Counted from the stretch's first letter, positions 1 to 9,754 are shown. The stretch is 64,000 nucleotides of DNA from Promethearchaeati archaeon (GCA_013166775.1 JABLTJ010000008.1:52564-116563); one strand, 5' to 3'. Notes: generated by a model not told the origin, from the letters alone. Translations and numbers: made by a program.

Positions 1-43
1 AAAAACTTAATTTATTTTTATCTCAACCACTGCTAGTGGTTTT

Positions 44-961
44 ATGAGTAACAATCCAGAAGAACCTGAAGAAGAGCTTCAAGAAGAACCTGAAGAAGAG
101 CTTCAAGAAGAACCTGAAGAAGAGCTTCAAGAAGAACCTGAAGAAGAATCTCAAGAAGAGCCTCAAGAAGAGCTTCAAGAAGAGCCTCAAGAAGAATCTC
201 AAGAAGAGCCTCAAGAAGAATCTCAAGAAGAATCTCAAGAAGAATCTCAAGAAGAATCTCAAGAAGAATCTCAAGAAGAATCTCAAGAAGAATCTGAGGT
301 AGAAACAAAGAAAGAAAAGAAAAAATATGTTCACAACTGCACAAAGTGTGGTTCTTGTTGTGAAAAATGGCAAGAAATTCCCATCTACATAGAAGATATG
401 CAAAGATGGCTTATCGATGGTAGCATTCAATATATATTACCATTTCTTCAAGTTAGAATTTCTCCTCCAGCTTATGTCCGTCTAGTTCTGCAAAAACCTT
501 CAGTTGAAGGAGAAGATCCAAATCCCTCCGGATGCCCTCTCTATGACTTTGAGAACAAGATATGTAACTTGTACTCTTCTATGCCTTTACACTGTGCCTC
601 ATATCCCCTAGCTTTTAATGGAGAAAATTTCTATCTTGTTGATTCGGAATCTCCTGGGTTGGGAAACGAAACAATGACAGCTGAATCTCTAGAATCAGCT
701 AGAAATGTAGCTAAAGAACACTTTTCAGCTCTCTCATCATCGAGTGCTCTCTTACCTGTGCTTTACAATATTATCTTGATGAACATAATGCAACAGAGTC
801 AAGAAGCTATGAAAGCTCTATCAGATGAAGATAAAGAACAGTTAGAAAAACTTCTTTCGAAATCAAATGAGGATACTGAAGAAATTACTGAAGAAATTAC
901 TGAAGAAATTACTGAAGAAATTACTGAAGACGATGCTGCTCCAAGTTCAGATGAAGAATAG
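44..961 (+). CDS. YkgJ/FliB-family cysteine-cluster (CxxCxxCC) protein with long acidic low-complexity N-terminus
   Basis: CTKCGSCC motif, later GCPLYD...ICNLYSSMPLHCASYP typical of the family; Glu-rich tandem repeats at both ends. Confidence 0.8.
   Translation: MSNNPEEPEEELQEEPEEELQEEPEEELQEEPEEESQEEPQEELQEEPQEESQEEPQEESQEESQEESQEESQEESQEESQEESEVETKKEKKKYVHNCTKCGSCCEKWQEIPIYIEDMQRWLIDGSIQYILPFLQVRISPPAYVRLVLQKPSVEGEDPNPSGCPLYDFENKICNLYSSMPLHCASYPLAFNGENFYLVDSESPGLGNETMTAESLESARNVAKEHFSALSSSSALLPVLYNIILMNIMQQSQEAMKALSDEDKEQLEKLLSKSNEDTEEITEEITEEITEEITEDDAAPSSDEE
59..296 (+). repeat. In-frame tandem repeat array of 12-bp units (GAAGAACCT/GAGCTTCAA/GAATCTCAA variants; 24-bp higher-order period at the start)
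   Basis: Directly visible; encodes EEPEEELQ then EESQ/EEPQ repeats. Confidence 0.95.
875..930 (+). repeat. 12-bp tandem repeat ACTGAAGAAATT, 4 full copies plus a partial (TEEI repeats)
   Basis: Directly visible. Confidence 0.95.
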
Positions 962-968
962 TCTAATT

Positions 969-1649
969 TTATTCCTCATCATCTTGACAGTACATCGCGC
1001 CTGATTCCATTAGATGACCATCTTTAGCTTTAGTATCTAAGTATTTTTTATTGTATACATTCGGTGTGATTGCAACAGGGATTCTATCTGTAACATTAAC
1101 TCCACTTTCACAAAGTCCTGCAACTTTAGTTGGGTTGTTGGTTATCAATTTTAGAGATTTAACTTTCAAAGATTTTAGAATATCTACTGCAACCAAATAA
1201 GACCTCTCATCAGCTTTGAAGCCCAGCAATTCATTTGCTTCATTTGTATCATACCCCATCTCTTGCAGAGAATAAGCTTTTAGCTTGTTAAACAACCCTA
1301 TTCCTCTACCTTCTTGTCTTAGATAAATTAAAATTCCATCATCTTCTTTTGATAGAATATTTAATGCATATTCCAATTGTTCTCTGCAGTCACATCTCAA
1401 AGATGTAAAAACATCACCTGTTAGGCACTCAGAATGAATTCTAACTGGTATGTTTTCTTTATTAAATGGGCTCCCTCGATAAATAACGGTATGTTCTTTC
1501 ATATCCCTTAGGCTAAGAACACCAATAATTTTAAATTCACCAAATCGTGTTGGTAATTCGGCAAGGGATCCAAAATGTATTAATTCTGTATCCTCTAAAC
1601 CCAATTCGATGATTTTAGTCCGTACCTTTTTCTCAACGTCTTCTGTCAA
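969..1649 (-). CDS. ribA: GTP cyclohydrolase II
   Basis: LPTRFGEF, VRIHSECLTGDVFTSLRCDCREQL, YLRQEGRGIGL, ITNNPTK motifs. Confidence 0.95.
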   Translation of the reverse strand: MTEDVEKKVRTKIIELGLEDTELIHFGSLAELPTRFGEFKIIGVLSLRDMKEHTVIYRGSPFNKENIPVRIHSECLTGDVFTSLRCDCREQLEYALNILSKEDDGILIYLRQEGRGIGLFNKLKAYSLQEMGYDTNEANELLGFKADERSYLVAVDILKSLKVKSLKLITNNPTKVAGLCESGVNVTDRIPVAITPNVYNKKYLDTKAKDGHLMESGAMYCQDDEE

Positions 1650-1705
1650 AGCAGTTCCTCTCTCAACTGAATAATGTTTTTAGCTTTTTTAATCTTAAGT
1701 TCTAA

Positions 1706-2008
1706 CTAATAAGTTATTTTGAAGTTGGGTAGATCTTCCTTTGAATCTTCCCACTTTACATCTGTATTGTAAACTTTAGCAGAAGGAGGTCCTACTCTTG
1801 CAAAAGAAATCAGTTTAGTCAAATCCTCTTCCTCACCTTCCGCAACAATTTCTACTGAACCATCTCTCACATTTCTGACTGTCCCTTTTAAACCAAGTTT
1901 TTGAGCGAAATCACGAGTATTAGCTCTGAAAAAAACACCTTGAACCATTCCATATACTTGAATTGTCACTCGTTTTTTATTATTTGTCATTTCCATCACT
2001 TCTTCCAA
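1706..2008 (-). CDS. acyP: Acylphosphatase (true start may be the ATG at 1990)
   Basis: GMVQGVFFR, GTVRNVRDGSVEIVAEG, GPPSAKV. Confidence 0.93.
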   Translation of the reverse strand: MEEVMEMTNNKKRVTIQVYGMVQGVFFRANTRDFAQKLGLKGTVRNVRDGSVEIVAEGEEEDLTKLISFARVGPPSAKVYNTDVKWEDSKEDLPNFKITY

Positions 2009-2777
2009 CTTTCTGAATAATCTTATCTACAAATTCTGGTAAAGTTTTTTCACACGGACCATAAATAGAATAATCACTTAAATCAGATATAGGTGTTTTT
2101 TCTATATTGAATTCTATAATAACGGATTCGTTACGTTTTGCTAGATAAGGTAAAGAAGCAACGGGATGCACTATTCCTGAAGTTCCGATAATTAACAAGA
2201 TTTGTGCTTGCAAAGTCCAATCGAGAGCTATGCTCCAATTATTGCTTTCTAAAGTCTCCCCAAACCAAACAACATCAGGTCTAAGCAAATTTTCCTTGCA
2301 TTCAGAACATAAAGGTGGTTCCATATCTTTTTGAGCTAATTCTAGCTTATCCCATCTTTCAATGTGTGAACAAGAGGTGCATCTGGCATATCTTATTCTC
2401 CCGTGAATTTCTACATAGTTTTTAATACCTGCAATTTCATGTAGACCGTCAACATTCTGAGTGATGACTCCAGTAGCAAGATTAGCTTTCTCTAGTTTTT
2501 TTAGAGCAATATGGGCAGGATTTGGTTTAGCATTCAGTAAAATTCTCATTCTAGCTCTATACCATTCCCAGACTAGTTTAGGATCTCTAGCAAAAGCATA
2601 GGGTGTTGCTAAATCTTCTGCTCTATATTGATTCCATAATCCATCTTCACCACGAAAGGTTGGCATACCAGAAGCTTTGGAAATACCAGCTCCTATTACT
2701 GAAACTATACTATGATCTACTAATTCGAGTTTTTCAACAACGGAATCAATATTCATATCCTCAATAATATCTCCCAT
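1980..2777 (-). CDS. cobB: NAD-dependent protein deacylase, Sir2/CobB family
   Basis: GAGISKASGMPTFRG, ITQNVDGLH, IHG, CxxC...CxxC, RPDVVWFGE, IGTSG. Confidence 0.95.
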   Translation of the reverse strand: MGDIIEDMNIDSVVEKLELVDHSIVSVIGAGISKASGMPTFRGEDGLWNQYRAEDLATPYAFARDPKLVWEWYRARMRILLNAKPNPAHIALKKLEKANLATGVITQNVDGLHEIAGIKNYVEIHGRIRYARCTSCSHIERWDKLELAQKDMEPPLCSECKENLLRPDVVWFGETLESNNWSIALDWTLQAQILLIIGTSGIVHPVASLPYLAKRNESVIIEFNIEKTPISDLSDYSIYGPCEKTLPEFVDKIIQKVGRSDGNDK

Positions 2778-2834
2778 AAATAAAAATGTATAGTGAAAAG
2801 ATAAAATGAGATTACTATCGTATCTTTGATGATT

Positions 2835-3938
2835 TTAGATATTAAATTTACGTTTCTTTCCTGTAATCTCTTGATATAGTTTGTCGATACTATTAGCATA
2901 CTCAGGATACCTAGTATATGCAATTTGGAATGCCATATCTAATTCGGATTCTTCTAGATTAGCAAATTGCTGTTTTGGATTTGTTGTTAAAGCATAATAC
3001 TGTGAGATTATACTTGTGCCTGAATATCTGATGATTTTTACAACTTCTTCCTCTAATTTTCTGACTACTGCATCTATTATATCTTTGTGAGCATATCCTC
3101 CGCCTTCTGCGTCAGCTTGTATTCTTTGTATAATCTTCTTAGAGAAATCACTCTCTTCTCCTCCTTTTGCTGAACCAACCGTCAAATCACAAATAACATT
3201 TGCAGGATAATTTGATAGAAGTTCCGGAGTTGCGAATAAAACATCGAACTGATCAGGTGAAACATATTCAGGTGGGAATAGTGATACTAGTAATTCTCTT
3301 CTAGGTTGAAATGATTGGAGAGAAGATAGAAATGGTTTAACCATCTCTTTTGAGCACATTACTATTACTGGTTTTCCATTTAGTAATGCATGAACTACTC
3401 TATCCTGTCCTTTGATGATTAGTCTCATAAAGAAATAAGGGGACGCGGCAGATCTTACTATTTCTATTGTCTGAACACCAGCTGCAAGATCCTGTTTACT
3501 TTCTAATATAGAATTGAGATTTGTTGCCCAATTGAATACTCTAGTCTTTAGTGATTCATCCATTTGATAGCCTGGCTCATACAAAAGAAGACCTGATATT
3601 TGTTTTGCTGTGTTTGAACTGTGATAATTGAAAACTGGCACTTTTGTGTATAATTGTGATTGTAATTCTTCTGGGATAATAAAGGTAAGACAAGCCATTG
3701 TTATGGGAGATCTCTTGCTTTTGCAAGGAACACCAAAGAAGAAAGAGTAAGAAACTCCACCTATGTCATGAAGTGGCATAACTGCACTCGCTTCTCTTAA
3801 AATATCAGTAGCTGCAGCTCCCATAAGCATACGAATAGATATCTTCTGAGATTCTTCTTCAGATAGATTATCAAAGTATATTGCTTTTGTTCCAACTGTA
3901 TCATCAAATACGCTAAAACAAACTTTGTTTACCATCAA
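2835..3938 (-). CDS. Probable DENN-domain (uDENN/longin + cDENN) protein
   Basis: N-terminal FSVFDDTVGTK resembles the uDENN F-x-x-F-D/H-x-x-x-G-P start; central VHALLNGKPVIVMCS...FLSSLQSFQP resembles the cDENN core. Confidence 0.55.
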   Translation of the reverse strand: MMVNKVCFSVFDDTVGTKAIYFDNLSEEESQKISIRMLMGAAATDILREASAVMPLHDIGGVSYSFFFGVPCKSKRSPITMACLTFIIPEELQSQLYTKVPVFNYHSSNTAKQISGLLLYEPGYQMDESLKTRVFNWATNLNSILESKQDLAAGVQTIEIVRSAASPYFFMRLIIKGQDRVVHALLNGKPVIVMCSKEMVKPFLSSLQSFQPRRELLVSLFPPEYVSPDQFDVLFATPELLSNYPANVICDLTVGSAKGGEESDFSKKIIQRIQADAEGGGYAHKDIIDAVVRKLEEEVVKIIRYSGTSIISQYYALTTNPKQQFANLEESELDMAFQIAYTRYPEYANSIDKLYQEITGKKRKFNI

Positions 3939-4098
3939 TCTTTATTGGCGTTAAGTTTCTATTAAATGTATTGTTGAGGGAAATCAAGAATTGAGTAGTT
4001 GGCGTTTAAGAACCTTAAAATCTTGAATGTAGAACAAGAAGAAACATATTGTTTTTAAAGGCTATTTACATAGATAAAATACCTATCCGGTGATATGA

Positions 4099-4428
4099 GT
4101 GGTAGAAAATGGAGAAATTCAAAAAGAACTAACTGAACGGTTAGGTAGAACAAAACGACTAATTCTCATAGAGCTTTCGAAGGGAGCTGCCGGATATAAG
4201 AAACTTTCAAAGAAGCTGAAAATCGGTTTAGACACAATACGTTCTCATGTTAAAACAGGTAAGCATTCAAAATCACTAACGCAACTCGGTCTGATAAAAC
4301 AAGAGGAAAGGGGATGGTCTGTAACTGATTTAGGTTTTGATGTATTGGAATTATTGAAGAGAGATCCAGAATTTGCTCCCTTCTTTGTCGTTGACCCAAC
4401 TTTAAAAGAAAAAGAACTTGATTCCTAA
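4099..4428 (+). CDS. Winged helix-turn-helix DNA-binding protein
   Basis: ILIELSKG...LSKKLKIGLDTIRSHV HTH followed by LGLI...WSVTDLG wing. Confidence 0.75.
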   Translation: MVENGEIQKELTERLGRTKRLILIELSKGAAGYKKLSKKLKIGLDTIRSHVKTGKHSKSLTQLGLIKQEERGWSVTDLGFDVLELLKRDPEFAPFFVVDPTLKEKELDS

Positions 4429-4474
4429 GAATCGATTTTTCTTCTTTTTTTTCTCTTTTTAAAGAAAGGGAACC

Positions 4475-6124
4475 TCAATAACACTCTAAAGCTTTTTCCA
4501 AAAACTTGATTGTCTTTTCTTTACTAAGTGCATCTATCAAGGTTCCTGCTCTTGGACCAAATTTCTTGCTAAGAACGGATACATATAATGCTCTAAAGAA
4601 GTTTGCAGTTTTGATTTCTTTTTCTTTAGCTATCTTATACAAGTATTGAGTAATATCATCACCATGAAGATTATCTGGAAGTTCTTTGATAGCAGCAAGT
4701 AGGTTTTCATAAATTCCTTGTTCTAACTGATTAACCATATCACAATCTGTCTTTTCTGAGATGCTGAATTTAAAATTGTCATTTGCATAGTTATCTAGCC
4801 AATATTTTGTTCGAGTAAAATTTTGTTCAAATGTTACTTCAAGTTGTTTGGAGTCTTCTATTGAGGATCGTTCAACCATTTTCTGAAATGTTTTGTCTCT
4901 GTCGAACATGAAGACTTGCATCAGTGTAGCTAGATGTCCTATTTCTATAGGTAGTTGATTTGAAACAGAGTCTTTATCGATTAGTGCAAGTTCAAAAGCT
5001 TTCCAAGTTTTTTCCTTTGACTTCTGATGATCTACGCCTTCACCATAGATATACACTTCTCTTGCTTTAGAAAATTCTGAAGCAATTTTCGGGAGATCAT
5101 TTTTGACATCAAAATCAAAATCTGTTCTCAGATTATGCCTATAAATTAAATATAGGAAAATCTCTGGATCAAGCATCTTATGGAACTCAGAGACAGGTAC
5201 TCCGCTTCCTACACTTCCACTTGCTTTTTTTCCACCAACTGTAAGAAAACCATGTTGAATCAATAATGGGAGCTTTGTTTTTCCAAAGATTTTTTCATGA
5301 AATGCAAGGGATGTATCAATTGATCCTCCTGCGGCACCGTGGTCTTTACCTGAAGATTCAACTGAAACACCAAAGAAATCTTGTCTAGCTGCCCAGTCCA
5401 ATCTCCATTTGAGCTTCCAAGTAGTGTCACCTAACATTATCTTTCCTTGAAAACCACACCCATTTTTCTCCTTTTGACAGAGAATTTCCATTCTGATTTT
5501 ACTGTTTTCTATTTCTGCACTCAATGTTTTTGGAGCATCTATATTCTTACATTTTGGACATTGAATCATGAAGAAATCTTCCATTCTAGATCCTGTGATT
5601 CGCTCTGTTATCTCATAAACTTCCTCCTTTTTTTCTATGAAGAGTTTTGCATATTTGTCATAATCTCCCTTTTTGTAGTATTCTGATATAATTGTTGGTT
5701 CAGGATTGACATCGAAATTATGCATGATATTAAGAGCATCGTCGATAAAGTGCCCCGCGTAAGAATCATGGCATCCTAGCGGATCTGGTACTTCATTAAT
5801 AGGATATCCTAAATATGGTTCTAATTCTTTTTCGAATTTCTTAAAGAATGAAGGGATTCTATCAAATGGATCTTGATCATCAATATTAATTATAAATCTG
5901 GGATTTGTGCCTAGATTATCTAATTCTCTTGCAATGGCTCTGCATGTTACACCCTCTCTGAAATTTCCAAGATGATAATATCCACTAGGAGACCACCCTG
6001 TACAAACAGTTTGTTTTTGACCAAAAAGCTCTATTGCTTTTTCACTAATTACTGTTGCCCAGTGTTTAAAGGTCATATCTTCTGCTTCTTCTTGCTCTGA
6101 CATAATTGAAAGACATTTGATCAA
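4475..6124 (-). CDS. lysS: Class I lysyl-tRNA synthetase (start probably a few codons downstream)
   Basis: TGWSPSGYYHLGNFRE, KLKWRLDWAARQ, GKDHGAAGGS, C-terminal GPRAG anticodon-binding region. Confidence 0.95.
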   Translation of the reverse strand: MIKCLSIMSEQEEAEDMTFKHWATVISEKAIELFGQKQTVCTGWSPSGYYHLGNFREGVTCRAIARELDNLGTNPRFIINIDDQDPFDRIPSFFKKFEKELEPYLGYPINEVPDPLGCHDSYAGHFIDDALNIMHNFDVNPEPTIISEYYKKGDYDKYAKLFIEKKEEVYEITERITGSRMEDFFMIQCPKCKNIDAPKTLSAEIENSKIRMEILCQKEKNGCGFQGKIMLGDTTWKLKWRLDWAARQDFFGVSVESSGKDHGAAGGSIDTSLAFHEKIFGKTKLPLLIQHGFLTVGGKKASGSVGSGVPVSEFHKMLDPEIFLYLIYRHNLRTDFDFDVKNDLPKIASEFSKAREVYIYGEGVDHQKSKEKTWKAFELALIDKDSVSNQLPIEIGHLATLMQVFMFDRDKTFQKMVERSSIEDSKQLEVTFEQNFTRTKYWLDNYANDNFKFSISEKTDCDMVNQLEQGIYENLLAAIKELPDNLHGDDITQYLYKIAKEKEIKTANFFRALYVSVLSKKFGPRAGTLIDALSKEKTIKFLEKALECY

Positions 6125-6165
6125 AGTAACTTAAAAATTGTGGTTTCCGAGCTAAAAATATGGAA

Positions 6166-7566
6166 TCAAATTTTCCGATATAGTTTTTCCATCTCATCTC
6201 GCCATTCAAGAAAATTATTAGGAGATTTTGGATAATTTTTACAGAGTATATTAGTTTTTTTGCTAATATCAATAGCTTTTTTCATTAGTAGTAATAAGTT
6301 GTATCTTGGAAAACATCGCAAAGCTATTCCTAGATATGAGAAAATGGAGCGTTTTTTCAGTATACCTTCTGAGGTTAGATCTTCTTGCTTTACAACTTTT
6401 CTTTTGAGTAAAAATTCCAATTTCTTAGGACCTAGTTTATTAAGGGCTATTGTTAATATTCTCCTTCTAACATGTTTTGAGCCAAAATCTGAGAAAATGA
6501 GTTCATTATATTTCCAGAGATCCTTTGTTTCAAATCTTTTATTTACTATTGCTTCTTTTGCAATTTCACCCGCAAAACAACCTGCAATCAGAGCAGGACC
6601 ATGTCCTTCTGCTGTTAAAGGATCTGGGTGATATGCAGCATCACCTGCAATAATTAGACCAGGAGCGACTGAATTCCATAGAGGAGGTCTAATTGGTACA
6701 CATCCACCTCTACCATCTATTGTATCATACGTACCTTTTGGATAATATTTCTCCATAGCTTTGAAATATACTGATTTTACTCCTTTATCTAAGTTCTTTT
6801 CTTCTTTGATAAAACCCGTTCCACAATTTACTTTTCTATCACCATCGGCAAAAAACCAAATGTAACCTGGTTCTGGTATATCCTCTTCATATTGAAGAAC
6901 AATCTTTCCTTTCAAATCATGTTCCTTGTCCAGCTTAATGATCTCTCTGTAACAAGATGCATAATCAGCTTTTGTTAATTCTTTATCTAATAAAGGCTCA
7001 AAATCCTTCGGAAGATTAGTTCTAATTGCTGCAAGAACACCACTGCAATCAATAACCATTGAAGAAAGTAATTCTTTTTCCTCATTTTTACTGCTTCTTA
7101 CAATGACTCCACTAACTTTGTTTTTTTGGATTATTGGTTTGAGTGCTTTGGTTTCAGAAAACAACTTAACTCCACTCTGGAGTGCATCTTTCAATAACCT
7201 CTGTCCATATAAATGACGATTAATCATATATCCTACAGCAGGAAGAGTTATGTGATCAATTGGAAGCAATGTCCTTAGAGCTAGAACTTCTATATTTGCA
7301 TTAATTTCATTTTCTAGTGGAGGTTCAACATTTACTTTTTCAGAGAATCGATGTGAGGTTTTTTTTGATATTGCTTCACCACAGACTTTTTCACCAATAT
7401 CTTCCCTTTTCTTTTTGTCAATCAGAAGTACATTCAAACCTTCTCTCCTGCAACTAAGAGCTGAGCTAACACCTGCAGGTCCCGCACCTATAACAATCAC
7501 ATCGAAAGTCTCTGTCATCAAGTTATTAGGATATAACTCCAATATAAATTTAATGAGATACAACAA
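6166..7566 (-). CDS. Geranylgeranyl reductase family FAD oxidoreductase (likely start MTETFDV)
   Basis: DVIVIGAGPAG, KVCGEAI, PGYIWFF, GDAA...DPLTAEGH. Confidence 0.85.
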   Translation of the reverse strand: MLYLIKFILELYPNNLMTETFDVIVIGAGPAGVSSALSCRREGLNVLLIDKKKREDIGEKVCGEAISKKTSHRFSEKVNVEPPLENEINANIEVLALRTLLPIDHITLPAVGYMINRHLYGQRLLKDALQSGVKLFSETKALKPIIQKNKVSGVIVRSSKNEEKELLSSMVIDCSGVLAAIRTNLPKDFEPLLDKELTKADYASCYREIIKLDKEHDLKGKIVLQYEEDIPEPGYIWFFADGDRKVNCGTGFIKEEKNLDKGVKSVYFKAMEKYYPKGTYDTIDGRGGCVPIRPPLWNSVAPGLIIAGDAAYHPDPLTAEGHGPALIAGCFAGEIAKEAIVNKRFETKDLWKYNELIFSDFGSKHVRRRILTIALNKLGPKKLEFLLKRKVVKQEDLTSEGILKKRSIFSYLGIALRCFPRYNLLLLMKKAIDISKKTNILCKNYPKSPNNFLEWRDEMEKLYRKI

Positions 7567-7578
7567 TGAGAAATCTCA

Positions 7579-9156
7579 TCAGAATAGGAGATCAAAGTTG
7601 TATGCTAATAATTCTCTTTCAACATTAGTCTCTTTTTCAAGAATTTCTACTTCAGTCTTTTCTCCTAATTGCACAGAAAATATCTCAAACAATGGTTGAG
7701 TATCTCCAGACACTGTTAATATCACAGTAATATCTTGATTTCTTTCTGGAGGATTTGTAACCCATGTTAGAGATTTTTGATTCTCATCTCTTATCTCTTC
7801 CATAATTTGAGCTTCAGCTGGTTCGGTGTTTACTAATACATGATTTGCTGGGATTCTATCTGAAAAGGAAACCATATCCTCTAGATGTTCCAGAGCTCTG
7901 ATAACATAAACAATCTTATATCCAGATCCTCTCGTTGAAGGTTGAAGAATTTTCAAGCATTTCATAATATCTCTATTTTCTTTATCTTTTACTAGTTTTT
8001 TACCTCGATATAGATATGGGAAGTAATCCAAGTGATAAGATTTCTCGATTAATTCTTTTGGTTTTACAGAAGTATGTTTCCACCTTACAGTAATTCCTTT
8101 CATTTTTGCTCTCTCAATGATGCCTTGCGGAGCAATTGCTTCAGGGATAGTACGTAGAATATTGAATTCAGGTGGAATAGTATCCGCAATATATAGCTCT
8201 TTAATTTGATCTTCATGAGAATTTACATATTTGGTGTATGCTCTATATTCCAAATCTGATGGATTAATATTTTCGAAAGTTTTTAGTACAGTAATGTCAT
8301 TCTCTGTAAATTCTAATATTATTCTGTTTATTCTTCGCTTAACATAATAAGTAATATTAACTCTCTCTTTGGGACCTAGTTCAGAAAGTTTCCATCTCAT
8401 GAGTAAAGAGTCTTCACCCTTAGATTGCTCTTTCTTAGCTTCTTTGTTATCACACTCTACCATTAACACATTGTAGCTGTATGGTATTTGATCAACAACA
8501 TCAATATCTTTTATGGGTTCATCATATCTGTTTATAATAGTTGAAATTATTGAGTAGCTTCCAATAGTATCTCCAACATTGATGTTTTTCTCTATCTCCA
8601 CGCTCTTCTTCTCATCCCCCAGATTGAATTGATGAACTCCTTTAATTCTATTTGGAACTACTACTTGATGTCCATCCAAAACCCTTTGAACTAGTTCATT
8701 TATCACCAATTCGTCTTCAGGTAACTGCTGAAGCTTAATTAATCTGCCAATTATTACAGTATTTTCATCAATTCCCAGAAGATCAGATAGATGATCAGTT
8801 GGTATTTTCAAAGTTTCAAGTATTATTTCCTCTAATTGCTGTGTAATCATTTCTTCTGATCTAATTAATCGTAATAATAAAGAATAATCACTTCTGATTC
8901 CCATATTCTCAAAATACTCTTCAATCCATCTTGCAACTCTTGTTTCATGAGGAGCTAGAATTGTTGCCCAAAAATCATATACTGTTCTAACTAGTTCATG
9001 AAGATTGATGCATTCTTTTTCATTTATTAAATCCCTTGTATCATAAAATGATACCAAACCACTCATTGCTGTACTAAAAAGATTAGTATCTGGTTCTATT
9101 TCAATGAAATACCTTGATGATCCCCATACTGGTTTTCTTTCAGCCATTTTACTCAA
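7579..9156 (-). CDS. Hypothetical protein with helical N-terminus and three DUF11-like Ig repeats, no signal peptide
   Basis: Three repeats of N...D-x-IP...W pattern (DVVDQIPY..RWKL; IADTIPP..RWKH; FSDRIPA..TWVT). Confidence 0.55.
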   Translation of the reverse strand: MSKMAERKPVWGSSRYFIEIEPDTNLFSTAMSGLVSFYDTRDLINEKECINLHELVRTVYDFWATILAPHETRVARWIEEYFENMGIRSDYSLLLRLIRSEEMITQQLEEIILETLKIPTDHLSDLLGIDENTVIIGRLIKLQQLPEDELVINELVQRVLDGHQVVVPNRIKGVHQFNLGDEKKSVEIEKNINVGDTIGSYSIISTIINRYDEPIKDIDVVDQIPYSYNVLMVECDNKEAKKEQSKGEDSLLMRWKLSELGPKERVNITYYVKRRINRIILEFTENDITVLKTFENINPSDLEYRAYTKYVNSHEDQIKELYIADTIPPEFNILRTIPEAIAPQGIIERAKMKGITVRWKHTSVKPKELIEKSYHLDYFPYLYRGKKLVKDKENRDIMKCLKILQPSTRGSGYKIVYVIRALEHLEDMVSFSDRIPANHVLVNTEPAEAQIMEEIRDENQKSLTWVTNPPERNQDITVILTVSGDTQPLFEIFSVQLGEKTEVEILEKETNVERELLAYNFDLLF

Positions 9157-9754
9157 TCCTCACTATCTCTTTAACGGAAATCACTTCGTATTCTTCGAGG
9201 GTCTCAGTAGTCATTCTAAGTTCTTCAGTATTCTCCAATTTATGATTGAAAATAGTTATTGAGTATGATCCTTCTGGTAAATCGTTAAGAATAAAATTCC
9301 TTACTTGAGTATTGTTTTCAAAGAGCACGTTTGGAGAAGTTACTGTAGTAGTGAAATCCCCGAAAATATCCTTTTTACCAATTTCAACTATCTCTTTGTC
9401 TGTTCTAGTTTCAGTTCTTCTTTCATAGATAGTTCTAACAGTATCTAGATGAAAGCTATGAAGATCCTTCTTGATGGATTTTTCATAAGTTTCTTTTGCC
9501 TTGCTTAAATCTACTAAAAGTAGATATCTGCTTATCAATTTGCTATAAGCATATGCAAGATAATCTTCTTCCTCGAATTTTTCCATTGTATCCTCAAAAA
9601 AGTGCCACAAAATAACTGATTCTAGCAATTGATCCTTTTTTTCAAGTTCAATAGTTCTGGTTTCAAGAAACTTCACGAAATCCTCAACGGATTGTTTAGC
9701 TAAGATATCTTTGGCTTCACGGATAGTAACTTGGACTGTATCCTCAGTGCTCAC
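9149..9754 (-). CDS. Hypothetical protein, TPR-like helical N-terminus; overlaps downstream gene by 8 bp
   Basis: 201-aa ORF, amphipathic helices, overlap suggests translational coupling. Confidence 0.6.
   Translation of the reverse strand: MSTEDTVQVTIREAKDILAKQSVEDFVKFLETRTIELEKKDQLLESVILWHFFEDTMEKFEEEDYLAYAYSKLISRYLLLVDLSKAKETYEKSIKKDLHSFHLDTVRTIYERRTETRTDKEIVEIGKKDIFGDFTTTVTSPNVLFENNTQVRNFILNDLPEGSYSITIFNHKLENTEELRMTTETLEEYEVISVKEIVRIE

Noticed and set aside
59-296. Repeat array as CRISPR
   Set aside because: Contiguous 12/24-bp units without unique spacers, in-frame within a CDS, no cas genes
23-430. Minus-strand ORFs 23-430 and 42-344 (LRFF / LLEI repeats)
   Set aside because: Antisense shadows of the stop-free tandem repeat in the plus-strand gene
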